Source of the DNA: Octopus sinensis
Taxonomy: Eukaryota
Direction of reading: 5' to 3'
Length of the DNA stretch: 64,000 bases
NCBI RefSeq assembly: GCF_006345805.1
Contig: NC_043013.1
Coordinates: 27,404,001 to 27,468,000, forward strand
Shown here piece by piece: positions 13,616 to 25,917 of the stretch (position 1 is its first letter; the number at the start of each line of letters is the position of its first letter). The translations under genes were made by a program, and so were the position numbers. Below the pieces are notes generated by a model. It was not told the origin of the DNA and did no database searches. It was given only the letters and a program-made list of their open reading frames with translations.

Positions 13616-14250
13616 GTCGTGTATGCCGACAACAAAATGAATCCATTGATCATGTTGTCTCCAAATGCAGTCTTCTAGCGCCTACAGAGTACCTCAACAG
13701 GCATGATAGAGCTGCACAATATATTCACTGGGTAATTTGCAAAAACCCGGATTTTCCCCATGAAAAAAACTGGTGGGAACACAATCCACCTCCAGTGCTT
13801 GAAAATGACCACATCTCACTCCTTTGGAACTTCACCATTCAAACTGACAGAAAGATAGATGCAAATAGGCCAGACATCATATTGAAAGACTTCAGACAAA
13901 GAACATGCCTCCTCATTGATATGACTGTCCCAATCGATATAAACGTATCTGTCAAGATCTACTAAAAACTGAGTAAGTATAAAGATCTTGAAATAGAAAT
14001 TGGTAAAATGTGGTACTTCAAGACTAAAACAATACCTTTGTCATAGGTGCCTTAGGAATAATTGCAAAATAGCTCAGATACCAGGAAATCCCAAAATGGC
14101 AGAAATTCAAAAGATAGTGCACATGGGAACTGCCCATATCCTACATAAAATACTGTCTATGTAATCTTAAAATTTAAAACTAAACTCATAATTTTCTTGT
14201 TTTCTTAAACCTTCTCCAGAATAATACTATGTGCAAAACCAAATATATGA
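13616..14250 (+). mobile_element. Second, distinct 5'-truncated R4/Dong-like retrotransposon (CCHC knuckle + RLE), pseudogenised
   Basis: RVCRQQNESIDHVVSKC..EYLNRHD..YIHW..WWEH..LLWNFTIQTDRKIDANRPDII..LLIDMTVP..*KLSKYKDLEIEI..IQKIVHMGTAHIL; internal stop and frameshift; stop at ~14164. Confidence 0.85.
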
Positions 14251-14427
14251 CTGGTGCTTTGATTTATCAATCCTGAAAGGATGAAAGGTAAAGGTAAGCT
14301 GAAGGTAATCTGAACTCCAAATGTAAAGTGCCAGAAGAAATGCTACTGAGCATTTCAGTTGATGCACTACAATTCTACCAACTCACCACCAATCAATACT
14401 AATAATGATGATTTCTTACATTGGTAC

Positions 14428-14594
14428 CGCCTCCTCCTCCACCACCTCAACATCATCGTCACCACCACCACCACCACCACCACCACCACCATCATCACCA
14501 TCATCATCACCATCATCAACATCATCACCACCACCATCATCATCACCACCACCACCATCACAACTACCACCACACCATTACCATCATCATCATC

Positions 14595-14628
<34 letters not shown>

Positions 14629-14660
14629 TCTCCATCATCATCATCATCATTGCCATCATT
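14428..14660 (+). repeat. Compound (CAC/CAT)n trinucleotide microsatellite
   Basis: Seen directly; yields the poly-His/Pro/Thr pseudo-ORFs. Confidence 0.95.
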
Positions 14661-15446
14661 TTAATGATCATTTTTGCATATTTGGATGGAGTTTATTAAG
14701 GCAGATTTTTTAGTCTGTTACCCTTCTTGTCAGTAACCCTTATCCATTTCCAACCAAGGCAATATTTCCTCATGGGAAGAAGAGCGAGCAGGCAGAATCG
14801 TTAGCACAATGAGCAAAATGCTTAATTGCATTTCATTTGTTTCTTTATGTTCTGGATTCAAATTCTGCCAAGGTCAACTTTGCCTTTCATCTTTCTGGGT
14901 TGATGAAATTAATACAAGTCAAGCACTGGGGGGATGTAATTGACTTAACCCCTCCCTCTAAACCGCTGACCCCGTTCCAACATTTGAAACAAATATTTCC
15001 CCATGGTGAGACATGATTCTACAGAATATTTGAAATGTATGACATTCGTTCACAATATTATATGATGTCAAAACAAGACAAGGAAACAAACATACATTCT
15101 CTTGCACATAGAATATACTAATAATATCAATAGTAATTTGATTATCCATGAAAAAATGTTTATTGAAATTAGAACTGTAAGGGTTTGTAACATTATTATA
15201 TTAAACCTGAAACCATAATCTTTTCTACTCTAGGCACGAGACCCAAAATTTTTGGGGAGGGGACCAATCAATTAGATCAACCCCAGTGCACAGCTGGTAC
15301 TTAATTCATTAACCCCCAAATGGATGAATGGTGGAATTTGAACTTAGTACATAAAGACAGACAAAATACTGCTAAGCATTTTGTCTGGCATGCTAACGTT
15401 TCAGCCAGCTCACTGCCTTTAACCTAAAACCATATTAATCACGTTA

Positions 15447-15830
15447 TAGGTGCAGGCATGGTTTCCCAACCATATGGTTCCAGGTTCAGTCTCACTGAGT
15501 GGCACCTTGGACAAGTGTCTTCTATTATAGCTTCAGGCCGACCAAAGCCTTGTGAGTGAATTTGGTGGTCGGAAACCGAAAGAAGCCCATTGTATATATG
15601 TGTATATATCTATGTGTCTTTGTGTCTGTGTTTATCCTTTCCCCCACTGCTTGACAACCAGTGTTGGTGTGTTTACATCCCCATAACTTAACAGTTTAGC
15701 AAACAAGATCAATAGAACAAATACCAAGCTTAAAAGAAAAAAAGACTGGGATTGATTCATTCAACTAAAATTTCTTCAAAGTGGTGCCCCAAAATGGCCA
15801 CATTCCAATAACTAAAACAAGTAAAACATA
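15447..15830 (+). mobile_element. SINE family B (CORE-like domain)
   Basis: ggttccaggttcagtc..ggcaccttggacaagtgtcttct..ccgaccaaagccttgtgagtg; same family as 22381-22796. Confidence 0.8.
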
Positions 15831-15892
15831 AAAAATAAACAATTGTATAAGAATAAACTGTAGATATTTTTTTAAAGAAAATATTTCAGACT

Positions 15893-16230
15893 GTGAAAGC
15901 GCATGGCTCAGTGGTTAGAGCGTCGAGCTTACGATCGTGAGGTTGTGAGCTCGAATCCTGGACCGTGCTGCATGTTGTGTTCTTGAGCAAGACACTTTAT
16001 TTCACATTGTTCCAGTTCACTCAGCTGTAGAAATGAGTTGCAACGTCACAGGTGCCAAGCTGTATAGGCCTTTGCCTTTCCCTTGGATAACACTGGTGGC
16101 GTGGAGAGGGGAGGCTGGTATGCATGGGCGACTGCTGGTCTTCCATAAACAGCCTAGCCCAGACTTGTGCCTGGGAGGGTAACTTTCTAGGTGCAATCCC
16201 ATGGTCTGTGTTGTGACCGAAGGGGGTCTC
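15893..16230 (+). mobile_element. tRNA-derived SINE with recognisable A and B boxes
   Basis: TGGCTCAGTGGTTAGAGC (A box), GCTCGAATCC (B box), then gtgttcttgagcaagacactt; related decayed copy at ~19070-19200. Confidence 0.8.
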
Positions 16231-17984
16231 AGATATATTACTTACATTCTGTAATTAATTTTGAAAATAATCAAGAATATGAATAGATTTTGTAAAATAA
16301 CTATCATTTCCATTGTTACGTTTGTGTTTGGAACATTAACAAAAAACTCTTCCACAAAACTGTTGGAGAATGTTTTAATTTAAACCTGGCATTATCGTAG
16401 TTCTGTTGAAATGCAGTGCTTTTATTTCAATTAATTTTGAAAATATCAAAGAATTTACTAAAATAGTATTGTCATTATTAAGCTGGTGTTTGGAATATAA
16501 ATCAACTTGAAATTTTGATGGAAGGTTTTAACTTAGATCTCTTTACAACAAGGAATTCACATTACAGAACTAAAGGGTTACTATCAAAAAGCTTGAATAT
16601 GAATTCTTTAAAATAATCAGTTTCGTATTATAGAATAAGAGATGACTCTCAGACTGATATCAAGATGGTTTATCTTATATTGACTACTGAGTTTGTGCAA
16701 ATCACTTCATTATATTTAATGTTTTCATCACTTTCATAGCCAGTTTGTAGAGATTCTGATCGTTTACAATTTGACAAAATCACCTAACATCCTACATGAC
16801 CAATTCTGGCAGTGTAATTAAGACACTCACTTTGTACCATGTGGTTTGGTGTTCTGTCCCACTGCATGTCATCCTGGACATATAACTTCCACCAAAGTTT
16901 GGGTTGACCAAATTTTGTGAGTAGAATTTGGTAGACAGTAAGTTCGTTCCTCCCTTCTGAAAAGGAGAAACGGCAAAGGGATTAGCATCCAATCTCTTCT
17001 CATGGAAAGATTGATATGCTATTGGAACTGTCCAAGGATACTCTGATGTGCAGTGCAGCATGGAATGGAGGGTGGGGAGAAATATTTGATTGAATTCTTT
17101 TTTTTATAAACCCTGCAGGGGTTAAAATTAAACTATAGTTTAGAAGATTTTGGTTGCAAACATAATGACAAACCTAGGATCAATGCTACAACCTGTTCCC
17201 CTGTCCATGGCCTATATATTGCAGTACTTGCTTTAGTTTTAGAGACCAGATACATTCTTTCATATGGTTAAGCCCAGTTAATGGTGCTCACATTATTACC
17301 ACACATAAGCTAGTGTTTCTTCCAACTGTTATTCTGAGGGCAAATAGATGGCTCCTCTATTTTAAGAGAACACACACATTACTTCTTTGTCTGTTCCATG
17401 GTATATATTTGTTTGGACAAAATGGAACTCTCACTTGTCAAATACAAAAGTCTTTCTCAAGTTCTTTTCTTTCTTAGGAACAAATCTATGTTGAGCAACT
17501 TCTTCTGATTAGCAACTCTAGCAAAACTGTTGCTTTGCTCTTACTATTAATGTTACTGGAAATCTTTTCAGTTAATTTTCAGTGGTTAAAGTGTTAATAC
17601 CTGCTGTATCTTGTTCAATACTTGTTTAATTATATTCATTTTTTTTTTATATTTGTCTTTTATTTAAAATTCCAATTTATTATTTCCAAACTGTTTTTTA
17701 CTTGAAGAAATAACCAATACTAACTTGTTTATTGCTCAACCCCTTCCAGCTCCCACAGAAGAAGCCATATTAAATTAATAAAAACTTTTTTTCAACGGTA
17801 TAATTGTTTAAAAGATAGTTCTTTTCTCTACTCCAGATAATGGAGTTGACATCCAAATGTTCTGAAGTCCTTTGTCTACAAAAGAAACAAAGAAAAAAAC
17901 AACCCTTTCTTTTCATCAAATAAATTATGGTCCAACTTCCTGAAATTATTTCAAAGACAAATAATGATGATCTCCAACATATGC

Positions 17985-18735
17985 ACAAGGTTGGAAATTA
18001 GGAGAAAAGGGTAAATTAAATTGTGCTCAGCACTTGACTCAGTACTCAGTACTTCATTTTATCAACCTCAGAAGGATGAAAAATAGAGTCAAGCTCTGAA
18101 TGTAAAAACCTTCATAATATGATCATAATAGCTATTTTTAATATGGGAACAGAACCTGAAGTTTTTGTGGGAGAGGTATCAATTAACTCAACACGAGTAC
18201 ATGAGTGGTATGTTATTTTATTGACTTTAGAGGGATGAAAGGCAAAGTTAATGTCAGTGGCATTTCAGCTCAGAATATAAAGTGCTGGAATTGTTTCTAA
18301 CATAAACATAAGGCTTGGAGTTTGGTAGAGGGATTTTGTTGATTAAATTGACCTCAGTATACAACTGATAGTTTATTTTACCAACTTTGGAGAGACGAAA
18401 GGTAAATTTGACTTTGGTGGGATTTGAACCCAGAAATAATAGCACAAACTGTTTTTGTTTTTTTATGCTCCTCTAAAATTTCTGGAAATCCAGTAATAAT
18501 AATTCTTTCTAATTTTGGCACAATGCCATAAATTCTGAGGGGAGAGTGCAAGTTGGTTACATCAATCCCAGTATTTAACTGGTACAAATTTTGCCAATCT
18601 CCCAGTGATGAAATGCAAAGCTGACCTTCTTAGGCTTTCAACTCAGAACTTAAAGAGTCAGAAGAAATACCACTAAGCATTTTGTCTGACATTCTAACAG
18701 TTCTACCAGCTCACCACTTTAAAATCCAATAATAA
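17985..18735 (-). mobile_element. Third array of decayed SINE family A copies
   Basis: About four same-orientation cores (gatgaaaggcaaagt..., gaactcagaa). Confidence 0.75.
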
Positions 18736-19209
18736 TAAATCTTGACAGAAAATAATTTATGATTATGAAGTAAATCCCTTACATTTTATTTCCACTCACT
18801 GTTTTCAGTTCTAATCTTTACCAGTTTACTATTTTCAACTCATAATACTGAGTCAGAATCTGAATGGAACCTCTTTCCCTGCTCCCTCACCCAAGAAATC
18901 TTTGTTTTCTCTTCATGGTTGCAAAATACATCTAAATGTGTATGACCTGAAAGTGAGATTCAATAGTAAAAATTAGTTGGTAGCTTGTAATGCATCATAG
19001 CCAATAGGTTTGCCTCAAATAGAACACTTCACCTGAACTTAAATTCTTTCTGCTATAGGCACAAGGTTGAGGTACATGGCTTACTGATTAGGGTGTTGGA
19101 CTTATGATCGTAAAATTGTGGTTTCAATTCCTGAACTGGGCAATGCATTATGTTCTTCAGCAAAACACTTCATTTCATGTTGCTCCAGTCCACTCAGCTG
19201 ATATAACAA

Positions 19210-20091
19210 TATGTGGTCTGATCAATAAGTATCCAGACTGTTGCTATAGTAATGAAGCTAAAGCATGCTCAGTGAAGCTGCTAGAACAGATTGACCTTGA
19301 CCTCTGCTGTGCATGTGCACTAGGTTTTAACATTTTAACTCACTTCCTCTGTTTACAGCAGTGCTTGGAAGGAAGGTGTGTAAAGTGTGATCATTGCATT
19401 GACCATGACAGCGAAAGTTGAGTGGAGAATCTTTATCGCAATTTGCCAAAAGTTTGGTTATACGTGCTCAAAGGCCTACACAAAGTTTCCAAAAAGTTTT
19501 CATCATTCCCGACACAATCAAGACCTTGTGCAACTGAAACCCGAGTGTCTTTTTGATCAGCTGAAAACAGTTTTGGTACAGACTTAGAAAACACACATCT
19601 CATACCCAAATCTTCAGTGATAATGGACTGAACTGAACCATTATTAATCTGCAAATCCTCTGATAACTCACAGATAGTGATTCAACAATTTCTCCTCACA
19701 GCTGCATGCACATCTGCGATATTTTTCTCAGATCTGCTGGTTGTGGATCTCACAGAATGCTCGTCAATATTGACATTTTTTCTGCCAACTTGGAAATATT
19801 CGAACCACTTGTACACTTGTGTACAGCTCATACACCCCTGCAACTTTGCATAGGCACCTGAGCAGGTATTGCCATGATAACTTTCTTTGTCACGATCAAT
19901 GTGATGATCACACGCCACACACCTTCCTTCCAAGCACTACTGTAAACATCAGAAGTGAACTGGAATGTTGAAACTTAGTGCACATGCACAGCAGTGTTCA
20001 AGGTCAAACTTTTGCCAAGCAGCTTCACTCTGCATGCTTTAAGCTTTGTTACTATGGCAATAGTCCGGATACTTATTGATCAGACCTCATA
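19210..20091 (-). mobile_element. Non-autonomous mariner derivative with ~250-280-bp inverted arms
   Basis: Ends TATGTGGTCTGATCAATAAGTATCC / GGATACTTATTGATCAGACCTCATA, with TA termini. The minus strand encodes a decayed transposase N-terminus (QVYKWFEYFQVGRKNVNIDEHS..LGMRCV..SVPKLFSADQKDTR). Confidence 0.85.
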
Positions 20092-22380
20092 TACAGCAGC
20101 AGTAGTGGTACTGTAATGTTGGTTTATAAACTTTGACACAAAACCAGAGACTGAGAGTGAGGTATAGCTGATTAAAGGACTGCTACTTATTTAATGAACC
20201 CCCTAAGGTTCGTTAAATAAGTCACCAAGTAAAGTTTGAATTCAGAATGTAAAGAGATGTAAGTGCTGCAAACCATTGTCCCCTCTGTTCTAATAATTCA
20301 ACTAATTCAGCATCGTCTACGACTCTAATATGAAGCGTTCCATTAGCTTGTGCTGTACTGAACACCTCCTATAAATAGAACCTGGTGAAAGAGAGAGAGA
20401 GAAAGCCTCCTGCCCTCAAGGCAGTATTTTCCTAAATGCATTAAATGAAGAAGAAATTTTCTTTGGTCCTCCTATTATTTAATAGGTTATGCATTCCCAC
20501 CATGATCTCTGCATACATTAAATTATTTGATCTTGTAATCAAGGCAACATACTTCACATTTTCCTACAGTACTGCAACGACACCTGGAAACCTTCTAGTA
20601 CTTAAAGTCACCTAAATGGTTGATTAGATCTGGCAACCTGATGCATCTGCAATTGCTAAGCAAGTGAACAAGACCATTCTCTTAAACATAATTTTTCTTT
20701 ACATAATCAAAATTTGTAAGTAAGGCCCCCAAGTGGTTTGCTAACAGCAATTCAGTTAAGAGAACCCTGTGCAGATCAGCTTCAGGGGGTCATACACAAC
20801 CATCAACAATGACATTTTCACCTACAACTACAACACAACTTCTATGAGGTTGCTCGACCTGCTAGAAATAGTTGCCAAGTCTCCCTCAATTCAACCCTAG
20901 AATCTTAAAAATAGAAAAGATATTCTAGATAATGTTATATTTGATTCACATAATGGAAGGGATGGTTATAGCTAGAGAATCTTTGATCATCAGTCAAAAT
21001 GATCAGAGTTGATATGAGGGGGACTAAACATCAGTAACAACTACTATCAGAAAAGTGAAGCATCCCTCCATGAATTGCACAGACTCCAAATCCCCAATTA
21101 CAGCCAAAACATTTGAATCCTCCCAGCTCACACCTAGTCAAGAGGATCTTTACCAACTTGGCACAATCCTCTTAGCCAGAACATCTCAATTAAAATGATT
21201 GCATTAACAACACTCTTGCTTCCACATTTGCTGCTTGCTTAGATTGCAACTCCACACTCCACAAGAATTACCAAATTTACCTTCTCTGTGCCACCTGTCT
21301 TATCACTTACTTACAGTTGCCACCTGCAAAATCTCCTCTGATTGCTTCAAACCCTACAAGATGTCTTGTCCTTATAGAGCCATTTCCATCCTTCTCAGGC
21401 AAGTATGTTTAAGTGCTAACTCCTCTCATTACCAAACTCGTTCTCTTTCTTCCTTACATGAATCTATCCAAATCATTGGAAACCTACAACATTGTGTTCC
21501 ATTGTGAGAAAGGGAAAATTCTCTCACCATACAAACCAATTGTTCTCACTTCCAAAATCTGAAATGTTATGGAATGTTTTGGAAATGTATATTGGTAAAG
21601 GATGTAAATATCACTGAGAAAATTGAAGAAGTAAAAATAGAGTCACTTGTGGTATTTGTTCTACACTGGGTTATAGGCACTCCCTGTTACTCCTGCTGTC
21701 AGAAATACAATGAACCAATAATTGGTCAATTAAAAATGTGTAATCATTGATGCTATTGTATATAAATAATAAAAAAAAACATATATTCAGCCACAAGTAC
21801 CATTTTCAACTAATTTTTCTGTGGTAACATTATATGATCATATATATAAGTGAAACGAAAGGTTGTTGTTGTTGTTGTTGCTTATCCCAGAACAACTCTA
21901 ATAAAGCAGACATTGAAATGTGTTCCAGCAGTGTCCATACAGAGTGTATCTAGTATGCATTATCAAATATAACACTTTTTTTCCTCTTTTAAAAAATATT
22001 AGAGTATGATTTCATGGAGATTTTGCTGCTGATCATCAAATGCATAAAGATACTCTTATCAGCTCATGAAAGAAAAAGTTTTTATGGATGGATGACTTTT
22101 CTAATACAAACCAGGTTTTAAAAAAGATAAAGCTACAAAGTAACTATAATGTCAACATATTGGTTTCTGTCTATCGCATTCCTTGACATAATTTTCATAA
22201 TATATTATAGTCAAAATCAATACTATACCATGGATATTAATTCATAAATAATGAGAATTGATGTCTGTGTTACTGCATTACTCAAGGGCATTGTTAGGCA
22301 AAGTGGTGGCAAGTTAAAAGTTAAAGGCTAGAAATGTAAGTCACTTAACACTTTCATTACCATATTTCTGCTCTAATACT

Positions 22381-22796
22381 CTCTTTCTCTTTTACTCTTT
22401 TTCTTGTTTCAGTCATTTGACTGCGGCCATGCTGGAGCACCACCTTTAGTCGAGCAACTCGACCCTGGGACTTATTCTTTGTAAGCCCAGTACTTATTCT
22501 ATCGGTATCTTTTGCCGAACCGCCAAGTGACGGGTACATAAACACACCAGCATCGGTTGTCAAGCAATGCTAGGGGGACAAACACAGACACACAAACATA
22601 CACGCACACACACATATATATATATATATACATATATACGACGGGCTTCTTTCAGTTTCTGTCTACCAAATTCACTCACAAGGCTTTGGTCGGCCCGAGG
22701 CTATAGTAGAAGACACTTGCCCAAGGTGCCACGCAGTAGGACTGAACCCGGAACCATGTGGCTGGTAAGCAAGCTACTTACCACACAGCCACTCCT
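22381..22796 (-). mobile_element. Well-preserved SINE family B copy
   Basis: Minus-strand head aggagtggctgtgtggtaag..ggttccgggttcagtcc..caccttgggcaagtg, internal TA/CA microsatellite, CpG-rich. Other copies near 31130-31490, 43900-44180, 59500-59660 and 61040-61170. Confidence 0.9.
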
Positions 22797-23119
22797 ACAA
22801 CTTTACTTTAATTAGTTTTTAAAATAATTAAGAATTTGCACAATAATTTTGTCATTATTAAGCTGGTGCTTAAAGCAGCAAGCTGGCAGAATCATTAGCA
22901 TGCCGGGCAAAATGCTTAGCAGTATTTCATCCATCTTTACATTCTGAGTTCATATTCCGCCGAAGTCGACTTTGCCTTTCATCCTTTTGGGTTTGATAAA
23001 ATTAGTACCAGTTATGCACTGGGATTGATGTAATCGACTTAATCCCTGCCCCCAAATTCAAGGCCTTGTGCTTCCAGTAGAAAGGAATATTAAGCTGGTG
23101 CTTGGAACTTATGGTATTT

Positions 23120-23285
23120 TGGTATTTGGGGCTGGTTGTGCAAGGGCCTTGGTCTTTTTTAATGTTTACTGTAAGGCCAAAGCAATAGTAGGCCATAGCA
23201 AATTTGTTCATTTCTGGTTGCAAAGTTACATGAAGTTCCTCCAGACAATCCAGGACTCTTCAATCTTAGGAGACTTTGACCTTAC
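23120..23285 (-). mobile_element. RTE-clade LINE reverse-transcriptase fragment
   Basis: LQPEMNKFAMAYYCFGLTVNIKK resembles the RTE motif LQ..F..A...FGLT...KKT. Confidence 0.55.
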
Positions 23286-23354
23286 ACACATGAAACATAA
23301 CTTGGAACTTATTTTAACATGAAATTTTGATGGAGGATTCAAATTTAGATCCTT

Positions 23355-23584
23355 TTAACCCTTTTGATACCAACCCAGCTGAAGCTGGCTCTGGCTCCAT
23401 AGTATAAATGTTTTGTTTTCATAAGTTTTGAATTAAAATATTCCACTAAATCTTAGTCACAATTTATGTTCCTAACACTAGCTTAATGGTAACTAAGTTA
23501 TTTTACTAAATTCTTTGTTATATTCAAAATTGATTGAAAGAAACACAGAGCATCTCAAAATAAATATGATAACGAAAGGGTTAA
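23355..23584. mobile_element. piggyBac-like MITE with TTAA TSD, nested in an older related MITE (~22805-23640)
   Basis: ttaa|CCCTTTTG...CGAAAGGG|ttaa; near-identical family member at 50833-51057; related copies near 16240-16595, 53690-53875 and 57296-57500. Confidence 0.8.
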
Positions 23585-24239
23585 AACAGGAAGTTTGTGT
23601 CCTAGAACCAAGGGTGGTCTTAGATGGGTTAGTAGTATTAACAATTAGCAAGAATGAAGATCTTTACTCAAACAAAGATGTTGTATAGGTCTCTAATTAT
23701 GAAATATCTCCTCTCAAAATGATAAAAATTAAAATACAAGATATGAAAATAAAATGAAAGGATTTAGTTAACCAAAATGGGATTTCACCAAAGGATCCCT
23801 GCAGTAATGTTACCCAACAGGGTGTGGAGCTCAGATGTGAGAGAGTCTCTCTGGGTTGAGCTGCTACTTTTCTGCATTGAGAGGCTACCACTCCAGTAAT
23901 ACAGATATATCATAAGAACAATGCAGGAAAGAATTGCAGAACAGATTCTTCAAGCTGAGCCAACTGGCAGGAGATATAGGAGGAAACCAGCAATGAAATA
24001 ATTGGATAATATCCACAGCCTCAGTTGGTCACCCTTGGGAATTCCAACCAGAAAGTTTACCACTTTAGCATTTGAACCAGCCATATCTAATTGTTTTAAA
24101 TTCAAACTAGCCAGATATGGCCAGTCCCACCTACCCTACAATGTCTTTCTAAAAAGAAACAATCCCATCATTGGAATCTTGAAGCTACGAGATAATGCAT
24201 GATTGATTCAAAATGATGAGAATAAATAAGTATTATGGA

Positions 24240-24510
24240 GAAAGTTCAGAGAGCTTTTACCTTTGTTGACAACCAAAGGCTTCTCTCACCAAGTGAAGGG
24301 AAACATGTATGATGCATGTGTACGAACTACAATGCTGCATGGTAGTGAAGTGTGGGTCCTGAATGTGGAGGACATACAAAGGCTGGAGAGGAATGAAACT
24401 TGTACACTCTGCTGGGTATGTGATATCAGTGTGCACATGAAACAGACCACTGGTATATTGAGAGACAAGTTGGGCATAAAAGGAATTAGATACAATATGT
24501 AAGAGAGGGT
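24240..24510 (+). mobile_element. RTE-clade LINE ORF fragment
   Basis: ELLPLLTTKGFSHQVKGNMYDACVRTTMLHGSEVWVLNVEDIQRLERNE..LRDKLGIKGI, the post-RT region of RTE elements. Confidence 0.75.
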
Positions 24511-24646
24511 TAATAAATGGCTGCTTCTGATAGGACCATAAGGAGGAGGTGCCTGTGGACTTTACCCCCTCAACAATTCTGCCAGAAATAGTGGGTGGAG
24601 AGGATGAATGGATGTAGTTACTTTTTTAATGAATTTTTTTTTTTCA

Positions 24647-25917
24647 ATTAGAATAAAGACTTGTATGCTGGTGGTGCTGCTATATCCTGTCACTGAATGT
24701 AGGAGATGATATCTCAACAGGTAGTGATGCATCTCTATAAGTGTCTTGGTACCTTCCACCACATGGGGAAAAAAATTAAACATACGATATAAAAATAAAG
24801 TAGAAGGAAGTAGTTACTTCTTAATGATTTTTTCCCTTCTTATTATTTGTGTTGAATAAGTCTACAAATTTAGACTCTAGCAAATGCACCACAGTTCCAT
24901 GTTCTTCTTTCTCATCTTCATTGTAATCATTGTTGTTTTGGTATCATGGCTACCACTGTTGTCATATTATAGTTTCATTGTTTAGATGTTAGAATTCTTG
25001 CCAGCATGGAAGAGGGAACACACCATTTTGCCAGCCATCTTGATCTTGGTTCATCTCATCTGTATGAGGGGGTGCTGAAAAGTCCCTGGCTTTGGGTAAA
25101 TGAAAAATACAGGAGGATCAGTTAATTATGATTTTATTCAACATATTCCCCTGTCAGATTCACACACTTATTGCAGCAGTCCTTCAGTTTTTCTAAACCC
25201 TGTAAAAAGAATTTGGAAGGTTGGGCATCTGAGAATTTTGAGTTATACAAGGTGGTGCTGGAAAGTTCCCAGCCTTAAGAATATCGCAAAAGGCCTAGTT
25301 GGAAGCCCAACCTTCCAAGTTCTTTTTACAGGGTTTAGAAAAACTGAAGGACTGCTGCAATAAGTGTGTGAATTTGAAATGGGAATATGTTGCATAAAAT
25401 CATAATTAACTGATCCTCCTGTATTTTCATTTACCCAAAGCCAGGGACTTTTCAGCACCCCCTCATACAGATGAGATGAACCAAGATCAAGATGGCTGGC
25501 AAGATGGTGTGTAGATAAGGATTCATCATCATCATTTAATGTTCCCTCTTCCATGCTGGCAAGAATTCTAACATCTAAACAATGAAACTATAATATGACA
25601 ACAGTGGTAGCCATGATACCAACAACAACAACGATTACAATGAAGATGCGAAAGAAGAACATGGAACTGTGGTGCATTTGCTAGAGTCTAAATTTGTAGA
25701 CTTATTCAACACAAATCATAATAAGAAGGAAAAAAATCATTAAGAAGTAACTACTTCCTTCTACTTTATTTTTATATCGTATGTTTAATTTTTTTCCCCT
25801 TGTGGTGGAAGGTACCAAGACACTTATAGAGATGCATCACTGCCTGTTGAGATATCATCTCCTGCATTCAGTGACAGGATATAGCAGCACCCTCAGCATA
25901 CAAGTCTTTATTCTAAT
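24647..25917. repeat. Long inverted repeat (fold-back): arms 24647-25226 and 25305-25917, 78-bp spacer
   Basis: Arms read as reverse complements along their whole length, with scattered substitutions and one ~30-bp indel. Confidence 0.95.
25246..25467. mobile_element. Mariner-type MITE (TA termini) at the centre of the fold-back
   Basis: TIRs TACAAGGTGGTGCTGGAAAGTTCCCAGC and (reverse complement) TATGAGGGGGTGCTGAAAAGTCCCTGGC. Confidence 0.75.

Noticed and set aside
13019-13678. 219-aa ORF as a host gene
   Set aside because: Chance read-through of an antisense SINE, a LINE endonuclease fragment and a microsatellite
14359-14713. Poly-His/Pro/Thr/Val ORFs
   Set aside because: All are frames of a (CAC/CAT)n microsatellite, with no splice or domain context
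15895-15970. tRNA gene
   Set aside because: A/B boxes are present, but there is no proper acceptor stem and it runs into a SINE body
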